In this document: positions 1 through 9,851 of the stretch, piece by piece
How positions within the stretch are numbered: position 1 is the first letter of the stretch
Layout: every line of letters begins with the position of its first letter
IMG/VR virus record: IMGVR_UViG_3300029288_000056
Coordinates: 32,001 to 96,000 of that record
Length of the DNA stretch: 64,000 nucleotides
Direction: 5' to 3' (one strand)
Origin: a virus
Lineage: Duplodnaviria; Caudoviricetes
Translations under genes and position numbers: made by a program
The notes under the pieces: model-generated
The model's input: only the letters and a program-made list of their open reading frames with translations
Databases searched by the model: none
What the model was told of the DNA's origin: nothing

Positions 1-375
1 AACCGCACTCTCTATAACAGTATCTATAGTCAATAAAACGACGGAAACAACCGTGATAACCCAAGACCAAATATCTATAGCTCTGAGCCTCTGGTGTTTA
101 TCTCGTTCATAATTCAAGATCTCAACTTTTTTGTCTAGTTCGGCGATCTTAAATTCTAGGCTGTTAAACCTCGTCTCGTTCCGCTCGTCCAATTCCTTCA
201 TGCTTGTCTCGTGCCGGTCGTTGTAGTCCTTCATCATATCTTTTATTTCTTTGATTCCGATATTTAGGTTCTTGACCTGCTCGCAGACTGTAGCTATGAT
301 TGCTACCTGTTTTTCGTGCACTGAGCACGTGTCAGTCGTTCTACGCACTGCTTTTTTCTTAGGTTCTTCTGTCAT
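1..375 (-). CDS. Partial coiled-coil protein with C-terminal TM segment (holin/XhlA-like); runs off left edge
   Basis: Not in ORF track. ATG at 375 overlaps the upstream stop (ATGA). Translates MTEEPKKK...IDIWSWVITVVSVVLLTID, open to base 1. Confidence 0.65.
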   Translation of the reverse strand, partial: MTEEPKKKAVRRTTDTCSVHEKQVAIIATVCEQVKNLNIGIKEIKDMMKDYNDRHETSMKELDERNETRFNSLEFKIAELDKKVEILNYERDKHQRLRAIDIWSWVITVVSVVLLTIDTVIESAV

Positions 376-1085
376 ATTATTCCAGCCTCATGTAATTTAG
401 TTTGATATTTACACCAACTGCAAGTCGGTGTTTTAGGAGGTAGAGGTCCTTCTAAGACGTCTAGGACCTCGTCAATAAGATCAACAAAAGAGTTATCATC
501 TCTGCCTAAATCAATCCATGTCGTCTTGCCCTTATAATCACTGTCTAAGTTGTTGTCCACTTCAAAAGTTGCTGGCTCGTACGCTAGTATACCCATAAGA
601 GACACAGGCTCCAAATGAAGACTGCCCTCTTCCGGGTGTTCTAATGCGTAGGTATATGCGCTCAACTGCTTGTGGTACAGATCGGTATGCTCTGCGTCAG
701 GGACGGAAGTCTTGAAGTCAATAACACCGTAAGATCCGTCCTCGATTGTTATAATGCTGTCAACCATTCCACTGATAACACACTGTCTTAAGTGAGTGCC
801 TATTTGTATTGGCTGAGAAACGACTTTGTAGTCGTGATAACCTACAACACCTTGCGGTAAGAACGGTGAGATGTCCTTCAGGTCTTTCCCTGTAAAGAAT
901 TCCTTCGTATTCTTGTCGATGTCGTTGAATATCGCCGGCATCTGCATCCCAGATGGCGGGATCTTCTTGACGTACTTCAGCCAAAAACATCTATGGCATG
1001 TTCCCCACAAGAACGTCAGATCTGAGGGGCTAATGCGCCAGATTTCGTCGGGTGCTGCATTAAGAAAATGTGTTAAGCTACCCAT
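372..1085 (-). CDS. Cas4-like PD-(D/E)xK nuclease with N-terminal tag B
   Basis: TCHRCFW, GMVD..IDFKT, QLSAY, CSWCKY. Starts MGSLTHFLNA. Confidence 0.8.
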   Translation of the reverse strand: MGSLTHFLNAAPDEIWRISPSDLTFLWGTCHRCFWLKYVKKIPPSGMQMPAIFNDIDKNTKEFFTGKDLKDISPFLPQGVVGYHDYKVVSQPIQIGTHLRQCVISGMVDSIITIEDGSYGVIDFKTSVPDAEHTDLYHKQLSAYTYALEHPEEGSLHLEPVSLMGILAYEPATFEVDNNLDSDYKGKTTWIDLGRDDNSFVDLIDEVLDVLEGPLPPKTPTCSWCKYQTKLHEAGII

Positions 1086-1435
1086 TACACCGGAGTTATT
1101 GTGATGTTAAACTGATATGGTATTTGTGCCACTAGGGTGGCTAACGCTGTAATATCTTTCATTCCTATTGGATTTTCGGCCTGTAACTGAATCTCAACTA
1201 TAGTTCTTTCTGCCTTATCAACAAACACGTCCAAGTGAAAGTCTTCATAATTATCCGCTGATGCACACTCAACTTCGTATATGAATCCATCAGGCAGTTC
1301 ATTATCAGGAAGCGCACTTATACTTGTTACAGGTATCTTACTTCCTATAAATTGCTCCACCTTTGGTTCTAGCTCAAGCGCGGAGCCTCTTTTAAAATTC
1401 TCAGCATTCAGTTTTTTACGTCCAAAGTACGTCAT
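1085..1435 (-). CDS. Hypothetical, tag A variant
   Basis: Starts MTYFGRKKLNA; GGAG RBS. Confidence 0.75.
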   Translation of the reverse strand: MTYFGRKKLNAENFKRGSALELEPKVEQFIGSKIPVTSISALPDNELPDGFIYEVECASADNYEDFHLDVFVDKAERTIVEIQLQAENPIGMKDITALATLVAQIPYQFNITITPV

Positions 1436-1444
1436 TTTGTCTCC

Positions 1445-1870
1445 CTAAAGTTGATGTTTATTGTAAATTAATTCTGTCCAAAGACTACTGAGTTGCGTAA
1501 TCGTCCCTTCGTCTTCTTTACCCAAGTAGTTCTTAGTGATCAGCTCGTAATACTCCGGATACTCGGTCTTGATGTCCAAGACCCATTCCTTATTCTTGTA
1601 GTCTTCTGATGCGAGAGCGTCGTCGGCGATATTGAAATACATTGACGATGTCCCTATAATGTCGTCGGAAAGGCTTACTACTTCCGGAGGGTACTCACCG
1701 ATCTCCGTTTCAACCTTTTCCTGCACTTTTGCCGTCTGTCTTTCCATCGGCGGCAACTGATCTACTATTGGAATGAATTCTTGATCCGGTGTTTCATCTA
1801 TAAGTTCATTGATCAATTCTTTTTTTCCACACAAATTAATCTCTTGTACTAGTACAATCTGTCTTGACAC
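1445..1870 (-). CDS. Acidic hypothetical protein
   Basis: GGAG RBS, GTG start, no tag. Confidence 0.7.
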   Translation of the reverse strand: MSRQIVLVQEINLCGKKELINELIDETPDQEFIPIVDQLPPMERQTAKVQEKVETEIGEYPPEVVSLSDDIIGTSSMYFNIADDALASEDYKNKEWVLDIKTEYPEYYELITKNYLGKEDEGTITQLSSLWTELIYNKHQL

Positions 1871-1878
1871 GTATTCTC

Positions 1879-2445
1879 CTATTTTAATGAAGATTTTTTA
1901 ACAACAAAATCAGCGCTAATGTCTTCTGTATTCGCCATTAGTTCGTCTCTGAACTGTTTCCAAAAAACTTCCTTGTGCATTGGAAGTGAAGCCTCACCAT
2001 TTTTTTCCGCTAAGTCTTCCATATCAACTAATTCATAGCCACACGCTTGAGTTAATTTTATATAATCTCTTCTTGGCATTCGTGTGTGATATGATGTTGT
2101 ATATACCCAATATTCGTAACCGTTCTTTATGGCGTCCGTTCGTAAAACATTATTAATACGATCAATTTGTTCGTTACTTATATATGCATTCTTGTTTGAT
2201 AAAAAGTCGGTTAACTTACTCACGATATCTCTCCTTGCTATTAAAGACGGGTTCTTGTAATCAGATATCTCTTTATCTGCTGCCTCTTGCGGTGGAGTCG
2301 CTTCATCAATATAGCGCTCTATCACGTTGAAGTACAGATCTCCGTATTTGTCCCTGATTTCGTCAAAGTACTGGCCTAAGCAGTGTTCAAATTCACTAGC
2401 ATAGTCCTCAAAAGCTGCAAAGTCGGCGTTTTTAAAGTATTTCAT
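1879..2445 (-). CDS. Hypothetical, tag A
   Basis: Starts MKYFKNADFAA. Confidence 0.8.
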   Translation of the reverse strand: MKYFKNADFAAFEDYASEFEHCLGQYFDEIRDKYGDLYFNVIERYIDEATPPQEAADKEISDYKNPSLIARRDIVSKLTDFLSNKNAYISNEQIDRINNVLRTDAIKNGYEYWVYTTSYHTRMPRRDYIKLTQACGYELVDMEDLAEKNGEASLPMHKEVFWKQFRDELMANTEDISADFVVKKSSLK

Positions 2446-3535
2446 CTCGGCGTGCGCTGAAAGTGTTTCCTACAGGTTTTCCAATATCCGATGATGTATC
2501 CTGATAATCTTTTACGGTTAAGTTCCCAAATTTGTCTCTCATGTCCTCGTTGTAGTCGTCGATAGCTTTTTCAACGGCCTCTTTTACTGAGTTACAGTTC
2601 TGCCAGTAGCGCTCGACGAGTGCGTCCCAATCATCAATGCCTTCCTCACATAAGGTTAGGTAGTCCATGTATTCACCGGGATTCTCTTCGTGAGATTCGT
2701 CTTCAAGACCGTCTTCGAACTGTTGTTGGAATTCTTCAAGGCTCATGGTCTCAACTAAATTTGCATGTAGTCTTCGGCGAGAAGCCGCTACTGACGTAGT
2801 CGCTTGAAGTTGTATACCCAACTTGTTCTTAAATTCGTTTGGGCTAGTAACCATAAAAGTCTCACCGTTGATCGTGCAGCTTAGTGTGTTCATCGCGTCT
2901 GTGGACGGTGTAAAGGTTACATTCACGGTCTTTCCACTCTTGTCACTCATTGTAAGTTGGTTATCTCCGGTTCTGCGAACAGAGTATCCATTAGCTGTTC
3001 CAACTTCTTGAACTGCGTTGTAGTAGTCCTGAAGCTGACCAGTATAAGCGTTCTTTCTCCCTTTAGCGTCTAGAAAAAAATCAGCCCTCGACGCGTTAGC
3101 GTTTGCCGGCTTTTCACCGGTAGGTGACTCTGCTGGCGGTGCGGGTGCTACGGGAGCCTCTGGTGCTGGCTGTGCAATCTCCGTAGTGTTAACTGCGGGT
3201 GAGATCGAGACGCCTTGACCTACGCCAAGCTTTTGTTGGAAGTCGTTTGACAGATTAAGGATCGCACTTTGTAGTCCCGAAAGTTGAGACACGAAGTTAG
3301 CCTTCTCTGTATCATCTAAGGTCCAGTTTGTCTCTAAGGCTTTTGCCTTAAGCTCCATCAACGAACCGAATGTCGCATTAATTGCGTCAAACATGTCGAA
3401 GATGTCCTTTTCCTTCACCATGGTCGGACTTGAGTCTTCAGGTTTTGGCGCTTCACCTTCTGCGGCGCTTAAGAGACCGGCTCTGTACATAGCCTTTGTC
3501 TTCATAACTTTGTTGTTAAAATCATTGTGATTCAT
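2432..3535 (-). CDS. Multi-module hypothetical with Pro/Ala linker and AS-x(n)-L-x-A sites
   Basis: LLSA, ASRADFFLDA, ASRRRLHA; coiled-coil N-terminal part, acidic C-terminal module. Confidence 0.75.
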   Translation of the reverse strand: MNHNDFNNKVMKTKAMYRAGLLSAAEGEAPKPEDSSPTMVKEKDIFDMFDAINATFGSLMELKAKALETNWTLDDTEKANFVSQLSGLQSAILNLSNDFQQKLGVGQGVSISPAVNTTEIAQPAPEAPVAPAPPAESPTGEKPANANASRADFFLDAKGRKNAYTGQLQDYYNAVQEVGTANGYSVRRTGDNQLTMSDKSGKTVNVTFTPSTDAMNTLSCTINGETFMVTSPNEFKNKLGIQLQATTSVAASRRRLHANLVETMSLEEFQQQFEDGLEDESHEENPGEYMDYLTLCEEGIDDWDALVERYWQNCNSVKEAVEKAIDDYNEDMRDKFGNLTVKDYQDTSSDIGKPVGNTFSARRDEIL

Positions 3536-3547
3536 TTTCTCTCCTTG

Positions 3548-4234
3548 TTATGTTGCTCTGATTAAATTTACGAGTTGGTTAAAATCGTCTTCTAGTTTAT
3601 TATAGTAGTGAAACAGATCGTCCTGATCGCCGTATCGTTTATTTTCGTCTAAACCGGAGCTCATTATTATATCTTCACACAGTTTAATTGGTAGGTCCTT
3701 AATAAAATTTCCCAAATCCTCCAAAAACGCAGAATCAATAGCATTTGCACCCTTAAAGGGCATACCTGAAAATTTTTTTATTCCGACGTCTTGCAACCAA
3801 TCAAAGACATCGGTGAATGCTGCTTGAGCCTCGGTTTTAAACCTTGAATAAGCAGATGAGCTCATCAGCCCCACTATCGTGGCGTTCCAGTTATATATGT
3901 CGTACAGCTTATCTTTAATTATGTTTTCATACTTAGCGTCGTCCAGATAAGGCGCCGCCTTAAGTCTACGGGAAGCGAAAAGATCTCGCAACCCCAACTC
4001 TTTACATATTTGATCATAGTTATTCATCCAAGCCGCCAGTAGTGTGCTGCAGAGTCTTTCGTCATAACCAAATTCATCTTCAATGTACACGGCTGCACCA
4101 AACATATTAGTTACGCCACTTTTCCGCAAGTCTTCTAGAAAACGATATACTTCTTTAACGTCGTCTTCGCTTATACCCGGAATAGAATAAGGATCTGTCG
4201 CCGCCTGTAGTTTTGCAAATTTAAAATATTTCAT
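3548..4234 (-). CDS. Two-module protein, tag A; first module resembles DUF5049-type small phage domain
   Basis: MKYFKFAKLQA; LRKSGVTNMFGA; linker ASRRLKA. Confidence 0.75.
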   Translation of the reverse strand: MKYFKFAKLQAATDPYSIPGISEDDVKEVYRFLEDLRKSGVTNMFGAAVYIEDEFGYDERLCSTLLAAWMNNYDQICKELGLRDLFASRRLKAAPYLDDAKYENIIKDKLYDIYNWNATIVGLMSSSAYSRFKTEAQAAFTDVFDWLQDVGIKKFSGMPFKGANAIDSAFLEDLGNFIKDLPIKLCEDIIMSSGLDENKRYGDQDDLFHYYNKLEDDFNQLVNLIRAT

Positions 4235-4243
4235 GTGTCTCCT

Positions 4244-4770
4244 TTACCATTGTATGATTGAAAATTGACGTCTATCTACTGGAAAACCTTCTAGTTCACT
4301 TGGATATACTGTTCCCATTTGGATTCTACTCAGATCGAACCTTGACGTTTTAGTGCGGTACTTAAATTTCGTACAAAGAGGTCTTCCCCAGTCGGATCTT
4401 TGCGGGTCTATTATCTTTTCTACATTGGGATCGTTATACCAGCGGTAGTAGATGTTTTGCGCTTTATTAGAAGTTGTTCCGTCAGAATCAGAGCCCATCC
4501 AACTACCGAGCTCAAAAGTGACGTAATCAAGGACGATGTTATACAGTAAGGCTCCGTAATTATCCAACCCTACTCCGTGTTCAACAGACCAACACTCACC
4601 AGCTTCGTAATCATAAAGATCTATGTCCGCGGCTAGTTTGAATACCTTTCTCGAACTTACAAACTCATAAAGTGCAAAATAGCAACGTTTACCCTCTCTA
4701 TACAGTAAGACCCTTTTTTATCGTCAAAAGGTTCCATGGATGACTCTAAAAGGAATTGGAATAGACTCAT
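4244..4770 (-). pseudogene. GNAT-like paralog with tag-B-like start, split by a -1 frameshift in an A6 run (4714-4719)
   Basis: ATG at 4770 gives MSLFQFLLESSMEPFDDKK. One extra A continues RVLLYREG...WSVEHGVGLDNYGALLY...TTSNKAQNIYYRWYND, a 175-aa family member. Confidence 0.75.
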
Positions 4771-4967
4771 ATCTTATCTTTGAGATCCTCAGGAAGTTCT
4801 TCTAGTTTTCTAAGAGTAACTCCACTGTCGTTTGTCCAAGATTTTTTGCCGCACGTCATACAGCCGGCTGCTCTTATTTTATCTTTTGCGTCGTAGAGGT
4901 AACCCCACTCAATTTTGTCGCTGCCGCAATAAGGGCAATGTCCTAGTTTGTTTTCACGTTCTTTCAT
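4767..4967 (-). CDS. Small zinc-ribbon protein
   Basis: CPYCGS...CMTCG. Confidence 0.7.
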   Translation of the reverse strand: MKERENKLGHCPYCGSDKIEWGYLYDAKDKIRAAGCMTCGKKSWTNDSGVTLRKLEELPEDLKDKI

Positions 4968-5632
4968 TATGCCACCATCTTATGCTCTATAAATTTAATT
5001 GGATTATAAACGTAACAGTCGGTGTTAAGCCCCCACTGGTGCATCATTTCTCGCCCAAACTGATCATATGGTCTGTGAGCCTTACTGTAGCGCATGAAGT
5101 ATAATGCGGCTTCTTCTTTACTAATGCGCGTGTAGTCCCATAAATCATAGTTACTTAAAAACCCGCTATGTAAATGAACACCCGCTTTAAGTGGATAAAG
5201 TTTACCTATCTTTTGGCCCTCTTTAACATCGTAAATTCCAGAAACTCTTGTAATGTGTTGATACACATTAATGAAAGGCTTGTCGTCGAGGTAAGACTTT
5301 ACAACTGCGTACTGCCCCATACTTCCAGTGCCTTTAGCGATAACTTCGCCATCCGCAATAGAGTATACATCTAAGAGCGCCCCACCTTTTGAAGGAATGT
5401 CGATGGCGCCATGCCAAGTACCATCTTCAATTCCGTCTAAATACGATGGAAAGTCTTGCGGATCGTACTTCTTCTTCCAAACCGCCAGCATTGTTACGCC
5501 GGGAATCAACTGACTGTTGGGGCCTAAACCGTATTTATCGTGTTTACCGCGGAAGCAATCTAGGTTGTATACAAGACCCGAGTGGGTGTTTGTTGTTAGG
5601 CTCAAATCTAATGGATATCTCAATTGTAACAC
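4967..5632 (-). CDS. M23-family peptidase (candidate cell-wall hydrolase); true start may be TTG at 5623
   Basis: HGAID (HxxxD), YQH, HLH (HxH), NP tail. Confidence 0.8.
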   Translation of the reverse strand: MLQLRYPLDLSLTTNTHSGLVYNLDCFRGKHDKYGLGPNSQLIPGVTMLAVWKKKYDPQDFPSYLDGIEDGTWHGAIDIPSKGGALLDVYSIADGEVIAKGTGSMGQYAVVKSYLDDKPFINVYQHITRVSGIYDVKEGQKIGKLYPLKAGVHLHSGFLSNYDLWDYTRISKEEAALYFMRYSKAHRPYDQFGREMMHQWGLNTDCYVYNPIKFIEHKMVA

Positions 5633-5657
5633 TCCTCTATGTTTAAATAATTAGTTT

Positions 5658-6110
5658 CTAGTAAATAATAGGCGCAAGAAAGACTTTATAGGTGGTGCCG
5701 TTGTCTTCAGTACCGTCAACCTTGTAGCCCAAGAAATGATTCGCAGCCTGATCTATAATGTTTACCGCACCAGAATCGAATGCGCCTCTAACGGCCACGC
5801 GCACTTTACCACCATATAGTCCGTCCTTAGTACCAATATCGATGATGTCTATTCCCTTACCACGTAGATCTTCTTCTAGCTCATAAAGCTTATCCTCTTC
5901 AAGGCTCGCATCTAACTCACCTTTGTCTGCTAGTATTGGCGGATAAGGAGCGCTATTCATAAACTCGTCTAACGCATCATAGATTTCAAGCAATATAGAT
6001 TCAGGATTTCCGTTAACCGCGACACGCTTCTTGATGAAGTTTAACACCTCGGCCGCACTATTTAAAGACGCGTCCACATTCTCATTTAGGAAGTTAGTTA
6101 GATTACTCAT
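5658..6110 (-). CDS. Hypothetical, tag B
   Basis: MSNLTNFLNENVDAS; internal ELDAS. Confidence 0.75.
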   Translation of the reverse strand: MSNLTNFLNENVDASLNSAAEVLNFIKKRVAVNGNPESILLEIYDALDEFMNSAPYPPILADKGELDASLEEDKLYELEEDLRGKGIDIIDIGTKDGLYGGKVRVAVRGAFDSGAVNIIDQAANHFLGYKVDGTEDNGTTYKVFLAPIIY

Positions 6111-6472
6111 TATTGTCCATCCGCAAGTAAAATTTCTGGGCTATTAATATATTCCCCTAGTACACTTCTAAGACCTTCTTCGCTCACAAGCCTTTTAAAG
6201 GTCGCGTGTTTAACTGCTTCTATGAGTGCAAATTGATCGTCTCTATCAAGAACAGTTTTATCTGAGAAAACCAAGATCTCATCGATATATTCAGGAAGGT
6301 ACTCAATGACGTCACCGATCAATCCGTTGATAAAGTCGTTAACGATCTTTTCCCCTGCCATAGTAGAACCTTCAATGTCACTAGGGTCTTCTTCGGTGGT
6401 GTACTTCTTATACAACCCTTCTAGCACGCCTTCGGCGGCATCAAAGCGACCTGCGTTCTTAAAATATTTCAT
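6110..6472 (-). CDS. Acidic hypothetical, tag A
   Basis: MKYFKNAGRFDA. Confidence 0.8.
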   Translation of the reverse strand: MKYFKNAGRFDAAEGVLEGLYKKYTTEEDPSDIEGSTMAGEKIVNDFINGLIGDVIEYLPEYIDEILVFSDKTVLDRDDQFALIEAVKHATFKRLVSEEGLRSVLGEYINSPEILLADGQ

Positions 6473-6828
6473 TCTCTACTCCTTGTTTGACTGTAAAAGT
6501 AAAATCCAAACATTCCTTCTTGTTTAAAAGTAGCCAGATCGTGAATCAGGTCTGTTGCCTTCCCCACCAAGTCGGCTCTGCCTTCTAAAGAAAGGCTTCC
6601 TGCATATCCCAGTCTTCGCCCCGGAAGACTCGGCGAATACGATCCTAACGGATCGCACGATGTCACGATGTTGACGTTACCCTTCCACGCAAAGTAGTAT
6701 CTACTGCGGTTGCTAAAGCGGCTTACCACAAGTTCCGGTTCCGGTTTTGCACCGATAAGACCGAGAAACTCCTTAAATTTGTCACCAAAATCAACGTCTT
6801 CTAAAACCCACTGCCTATATCCGTTCAT
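6469..6828 (-). CDS. Hypothetical protein
   Basis: ATGA-coupled on both sides, untagged. Confidence 0.65.
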   Translation of the reverse strand: MNGYRQWVLEDVDFGDKFKEFLGLIGAKPEPELVVSRFSNRSRYYFAWKGNVNIVTSCDPLGSYSPSLPGRRLGYAGSLSLEGRADLVGKATDLIHDLATFKQEGMFGFYFYSQTRSRE

Positions 6829-7016
6829 CCTAGCTTCAGTTCCATGAACTTCTGGTGAGTCTCAATGTTTTCGTCACTCACGAAGTCTGGGTATTCAACA
6901 TACATATAAGGGAACTCTGGCACTTTCAGAATGGCTGCGCGATCCTCTTCTGAGAGGACCACCCCAATGGGCTGTTCGCTTGAGTCTATGATTTTGTTGC
7001 CGAGTATAATCTTCAC
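6825..7016 (-). CDS. Small hypothetical protein
   Basis: Coupled to neighbours. Confidence 0.6.
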   Translation of the reverse strand: MKIILGNKIIDSSEQPIGVVLSEEDRAAILKVPEFPYMYVEYPDFVSDENIETHQKFMELKLG

Positions 7017-7765
7017 TAAAACCTCAATCCTATTCCGATTTTAAACTCGAAATCAGCAGGCTTGTTTTGTGTAGCAGGTGTAAACTCTATCCCAGCGCCC
7101 GATTGTAGCCAACTGAACAACTCCTTACCTATGATTCCGGTATGGTTGTTATTTGTGCCGTAATAGTACTCTGCAAACCACTTGGCAACATAAGGCTTTG
7201 GCTTCTCTGGAATCTTAACCGCTTCTTCAACTGAGATGATAAGGTCTGGTATATATGGTTGACCATTCTCGTCGTACACCTTTTGATAGTTTCCGTCTTT
7301 ATCCGCAATAGCTACTTTAGGATCGGCAGAAGCGATTAAAAGCTTCCCGTCTTTGCCAAACGACCAAAAGATCTTTGCGGACTCGCTAGCCTTAAACCAG
7401 AATTCACCAGTACCGTCAGGATGAAGAATTAAAGTAACACCACCCCTGCGTTCACTGTTGAAGTACTTGTCGTCTCCCACTATAACCGGAGGCTTAGGGG
7501 GTTCGTGAACCTCAATGTACTTAATCTTTGTAACGATAACTTCTTTGACAGAGTCTTTTGCCAATTGAAGTTCCTTTTCTAATTCGGCAATTCGTTTAGC
7601 GTTTTGTTCTAATGTGATCTGATATCCCACTATAACACCGTTATCGTACGGTTCTTGGTGCATCGGCGGGAACAAAACATCATGAAGCCAAAAGACACTC
7701 AACGCCGCAATACCAAGAATGAGAACTCCTGTGTAAATCAAAACACCCTTAAGTGATACTTTCAT
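7016..7765 (-). CDS. Membrane-anchored coiled-coil protein with beta-strand C-terminus ending in Phe (spanin-like candidate)
   Basis: N-terminal TM, coiled coil, ends FEFKIGIGLRF. Confidence 0.6.
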   Translation of the reverse strand: MKVSLKGVLIYTGVLILGIAALSVFWLHDVLFPPMHQEPYDNGVIVGYQITLEQNAKRIAELEKELQLAKDSVKEVIVTKIKYIEVHEPPKPPVIVGDDKYFNSERRGGVTLILHPDGTGEFWFKASESAKIFWSFGKDGKLLIASADPKVAIADKDGNYQKVYDENGQPYIPDLIISVEEAVKIPEKPKPYVAKWFAEYYYGTNNNHTGIIGKELFSWLQSGAGIEFTPATQNKPADFEFKIGIGLRF

Positions 7766-8202
7766 CTAATATCCCCTTCTCCTCTTGCATTTAAATCGTC
7801 AATGTATTCTTGCAATTTACCAATAAGCGCCGCCAATATTGAGGCTTCAAACCTTTTATATTTAGTATCTTCACCAGAAGCTTGTTGTAATTCATGGATT
7901 AATGGGTTTAACTTTGATATTAGTGCTCTTAAGGCGAGGGATTTTTGTGGATTAGTTAAATCCTTATTACTAACATCCATCAATCTTGTTATATAGTCAT
8001 CTACACTAATTGCTGCGTTTAAATTTAAATTCTTAAAATATTTCATTTTACTTGCTTTAATATCACTACCCGCCTCTTGCTCGCACTCATCCATTATTTT
8101 AAGAAACATCATTGCCCATTCCCTGATTTGTGCCGCCTTGGCCCCGGTATATGATTTAGCTAATGTTTCTGTTTTACTTTTCAATAAATCCCATTTGTTC
8201 AT
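7762..8202 (-). CDS. Two-module protein with internal tag A
   Basis: MNKWDLLKS start; internal IKASKMKYFKNLNLNA (ATG at 8046). Confidence 0.75.
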   Translation of the reverse strand: MNKWDLLKSKTETLAKSYTGAKAAQIREWAMMFLKIMDECEQEAGSDIKASKMKYFKNLNLNAAISVDDYITRLMDVSNKDLTNPQKSLALRALISKLNPLIHELQQASGEDTKYKRFEASILAALIGKLQEYIDDLNARGEGDIR

Positions 8203-8211
8203 ATTATCTCC

Positions 8212-8865
8212 TTATACTGATTTTAGTAAATGTTCTGCGACCCTTTTAAAGGCCTCGTCCAAAGACTGCTTGAACTGATCTCGTTCTATCTCACTGATCG
8301 TTTTGTAGTCGTCCTCCGAATAGCCTGCGTCCTGAATCGCATCTAAAAAGATCTCTTCAGGATCGGCACCGAACTCAACCTTAAAGGCTTGTGCGCCGTA
8401 CGTCTTTACCGTACTCAAAAACCTAGCCCGCATTGAGTCGTCGTTGTAGTAGAACTGATCTCCGTCCAGCTCACTGATTAAGTATTGCTCTGCCCAAGCA
8501 TCGTAGTTAAATGTGCTGTCGTCAACCTCGTATTTGATCTCTGCTTTATCATCTAACATACTGCGCGCCACCAGTCTTAAAGCCTCTGAGACCTCGTGGC
8601 TTAATTCTGCAAAGCGGTCGTCGCCGTTGAGAATCTCAATGTAGTCGGTAGCAAAGATGTCGTTAGTTATCGTCGCTAAGGCGCCATGAGTCATAGACTC
8701 TATGGTGGCGTTTTCTGACGTTTCGCAAACGTACCTCAGTCCGCTTTGTGCTATTCCGATTAGGTCAGCAGAGTCGTAGCCCTCTTTCGGGTTGCATACC
8801 TCTATCGCCCATGGAATGAAGGCGAAGCGGTTTTGCGTCATATTTTCAGTGCTAAATTCCCACAT
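8212..8865 (-). CDS. Acidic hypothetical protein
   Basis: 217-aa ORF, no clear tag. Confidence 0.7.
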   Translation of the reverse strand: MWEFSTENMTQNRFAFIPWAIEVCNPKEGYDSADLIGIAQSGLRYVCETSENATIESMTHGALATITNDIFATDYIEILNGDDRFAELSHEVSEALRLVARSMLDDKAEIKYEVDDSTFNYDAWAEQYLISELDGDQFYYNDDSMRARFLSTVKTYGAQAFKVEFGADPEEIFLDAIQDAGYSEDDYKTISEIERDQFKQSLDEAFKRVAEHLLKSV

Positions 8866-9081
8866 TTAACGTTTACTCGTCTCGTTAAGACGTTCTACAT
8901 CTTGTTGTAAGAGACTAATTAAGTCATTAATCTCTTTTACGAGATCAGGTATCTGATCTTTCAAATCAGACCCCATAACCGTATTTATTAATTTGCTTGG
9001 GTGAAATTCTTCGAAAGCGTTACTCAGCACGTTTAGCAAATAGCCACTCTGCGACGCGTTTAAGTTCTTAAAGTATTTCAT
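8866..9081 (-). CDS. Small hypothetical, tag A
   Basis: MKYFKNLNAS. Confidence 0.8.
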   Translation of the reverse strand: MKYFKNLNASQSGYLLNVLSNAFEEFHPSKLINTVMGSDLKDQIPDLVKEINDLISLLQQDVERLNETSKR

Positions 9082-9851
9082 AAATCGCTCTCTTTCATAT
9101 TTTCTATTGCCGTAAAAGCCTCAACGGCCCATACATCAAGTTGTTGCCGCGTTATGCCGTACACGCTACAAAAAGCGTTAATGACACTAGCAATATCTGA
9201 TTCGGCGTCAACGGTACTCATATCATTCTCAACAAATTTATCAACCGCGATAAGCTCTGACTTTCTAGAATCAAATAGCTCGGATAAAAAATTATCAATT
9301 TCGTTCGAATCTGGGAACACACCATATATAGATTCATACAGATTATCAAATTTTAAATCGGATGCCGGGGCGCCGTTTTCTAACCATTCTTCCTTGTTCC
9401 ACGGTTTTAGCCCGGAATCTCTAAGCCCCTCTTTTAACATCTCATACATTCGTATAGCAACGTCGGATGAGAATGCTTGTGATGCGTTTAGGGAATGTCT
9501 CGAAGCCTTTAAGTCCGTCTGACTGTCCAACAGGCTTACTGCCGCGTCAAAAGCGTCCATAATTCCTTTAGCGTCTGAACCCGCACCCTTAGTCTCGGCT
9601 ACCAGATCATTGGTCTTAAGGTCGTATACTTCCATCTTGATTCCCATTTTTGTGAAAAGAACCGTAACAGAGAACATTCTGTCGTTGTAGGTTAAACCGA
9701 AACTGAATTCGGGAGGATTGTTCGCGGTTAAACGTCCGTCCTCTATGTCCAGACCCTCATACGGAAGGCCGAGTATGTCCAGATACTCCTTGAACATCTT
9801 AACTGCGTTTTCTTTTTCTGCTTCTAGGGGTATATTTTTAAAGTATTTCAT
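9078..9851 (-). CDS. Two-module hypothetical, tag A
   Basis: MKYFKNIPLEA; linker LKASRHSLNAS. Confidence 0.8.
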   Translation of the reverse strand: MKYFKNIPLEAEKENAVKMFKEYLDILGLPYEGLDIEDGRLTANNPPEFSFGLTYNDRMFSVTVLFTKMGIKMEVYDLKTNDLVAETKGAGSDAKGIMDAFDAAVSLLDSQTDLKASRHSLNASQAFSSDVAIRMYEMLKEGLRDSGLKPWNKEEWLENGAPASDLKFDNLYESIYGVFPDSNEIDNFLSELFDSRKSELIAVDKFVENDMSTVDAESDIASVINAFCSVYGITRQQLDVWAVEAFTAIENMKESDL

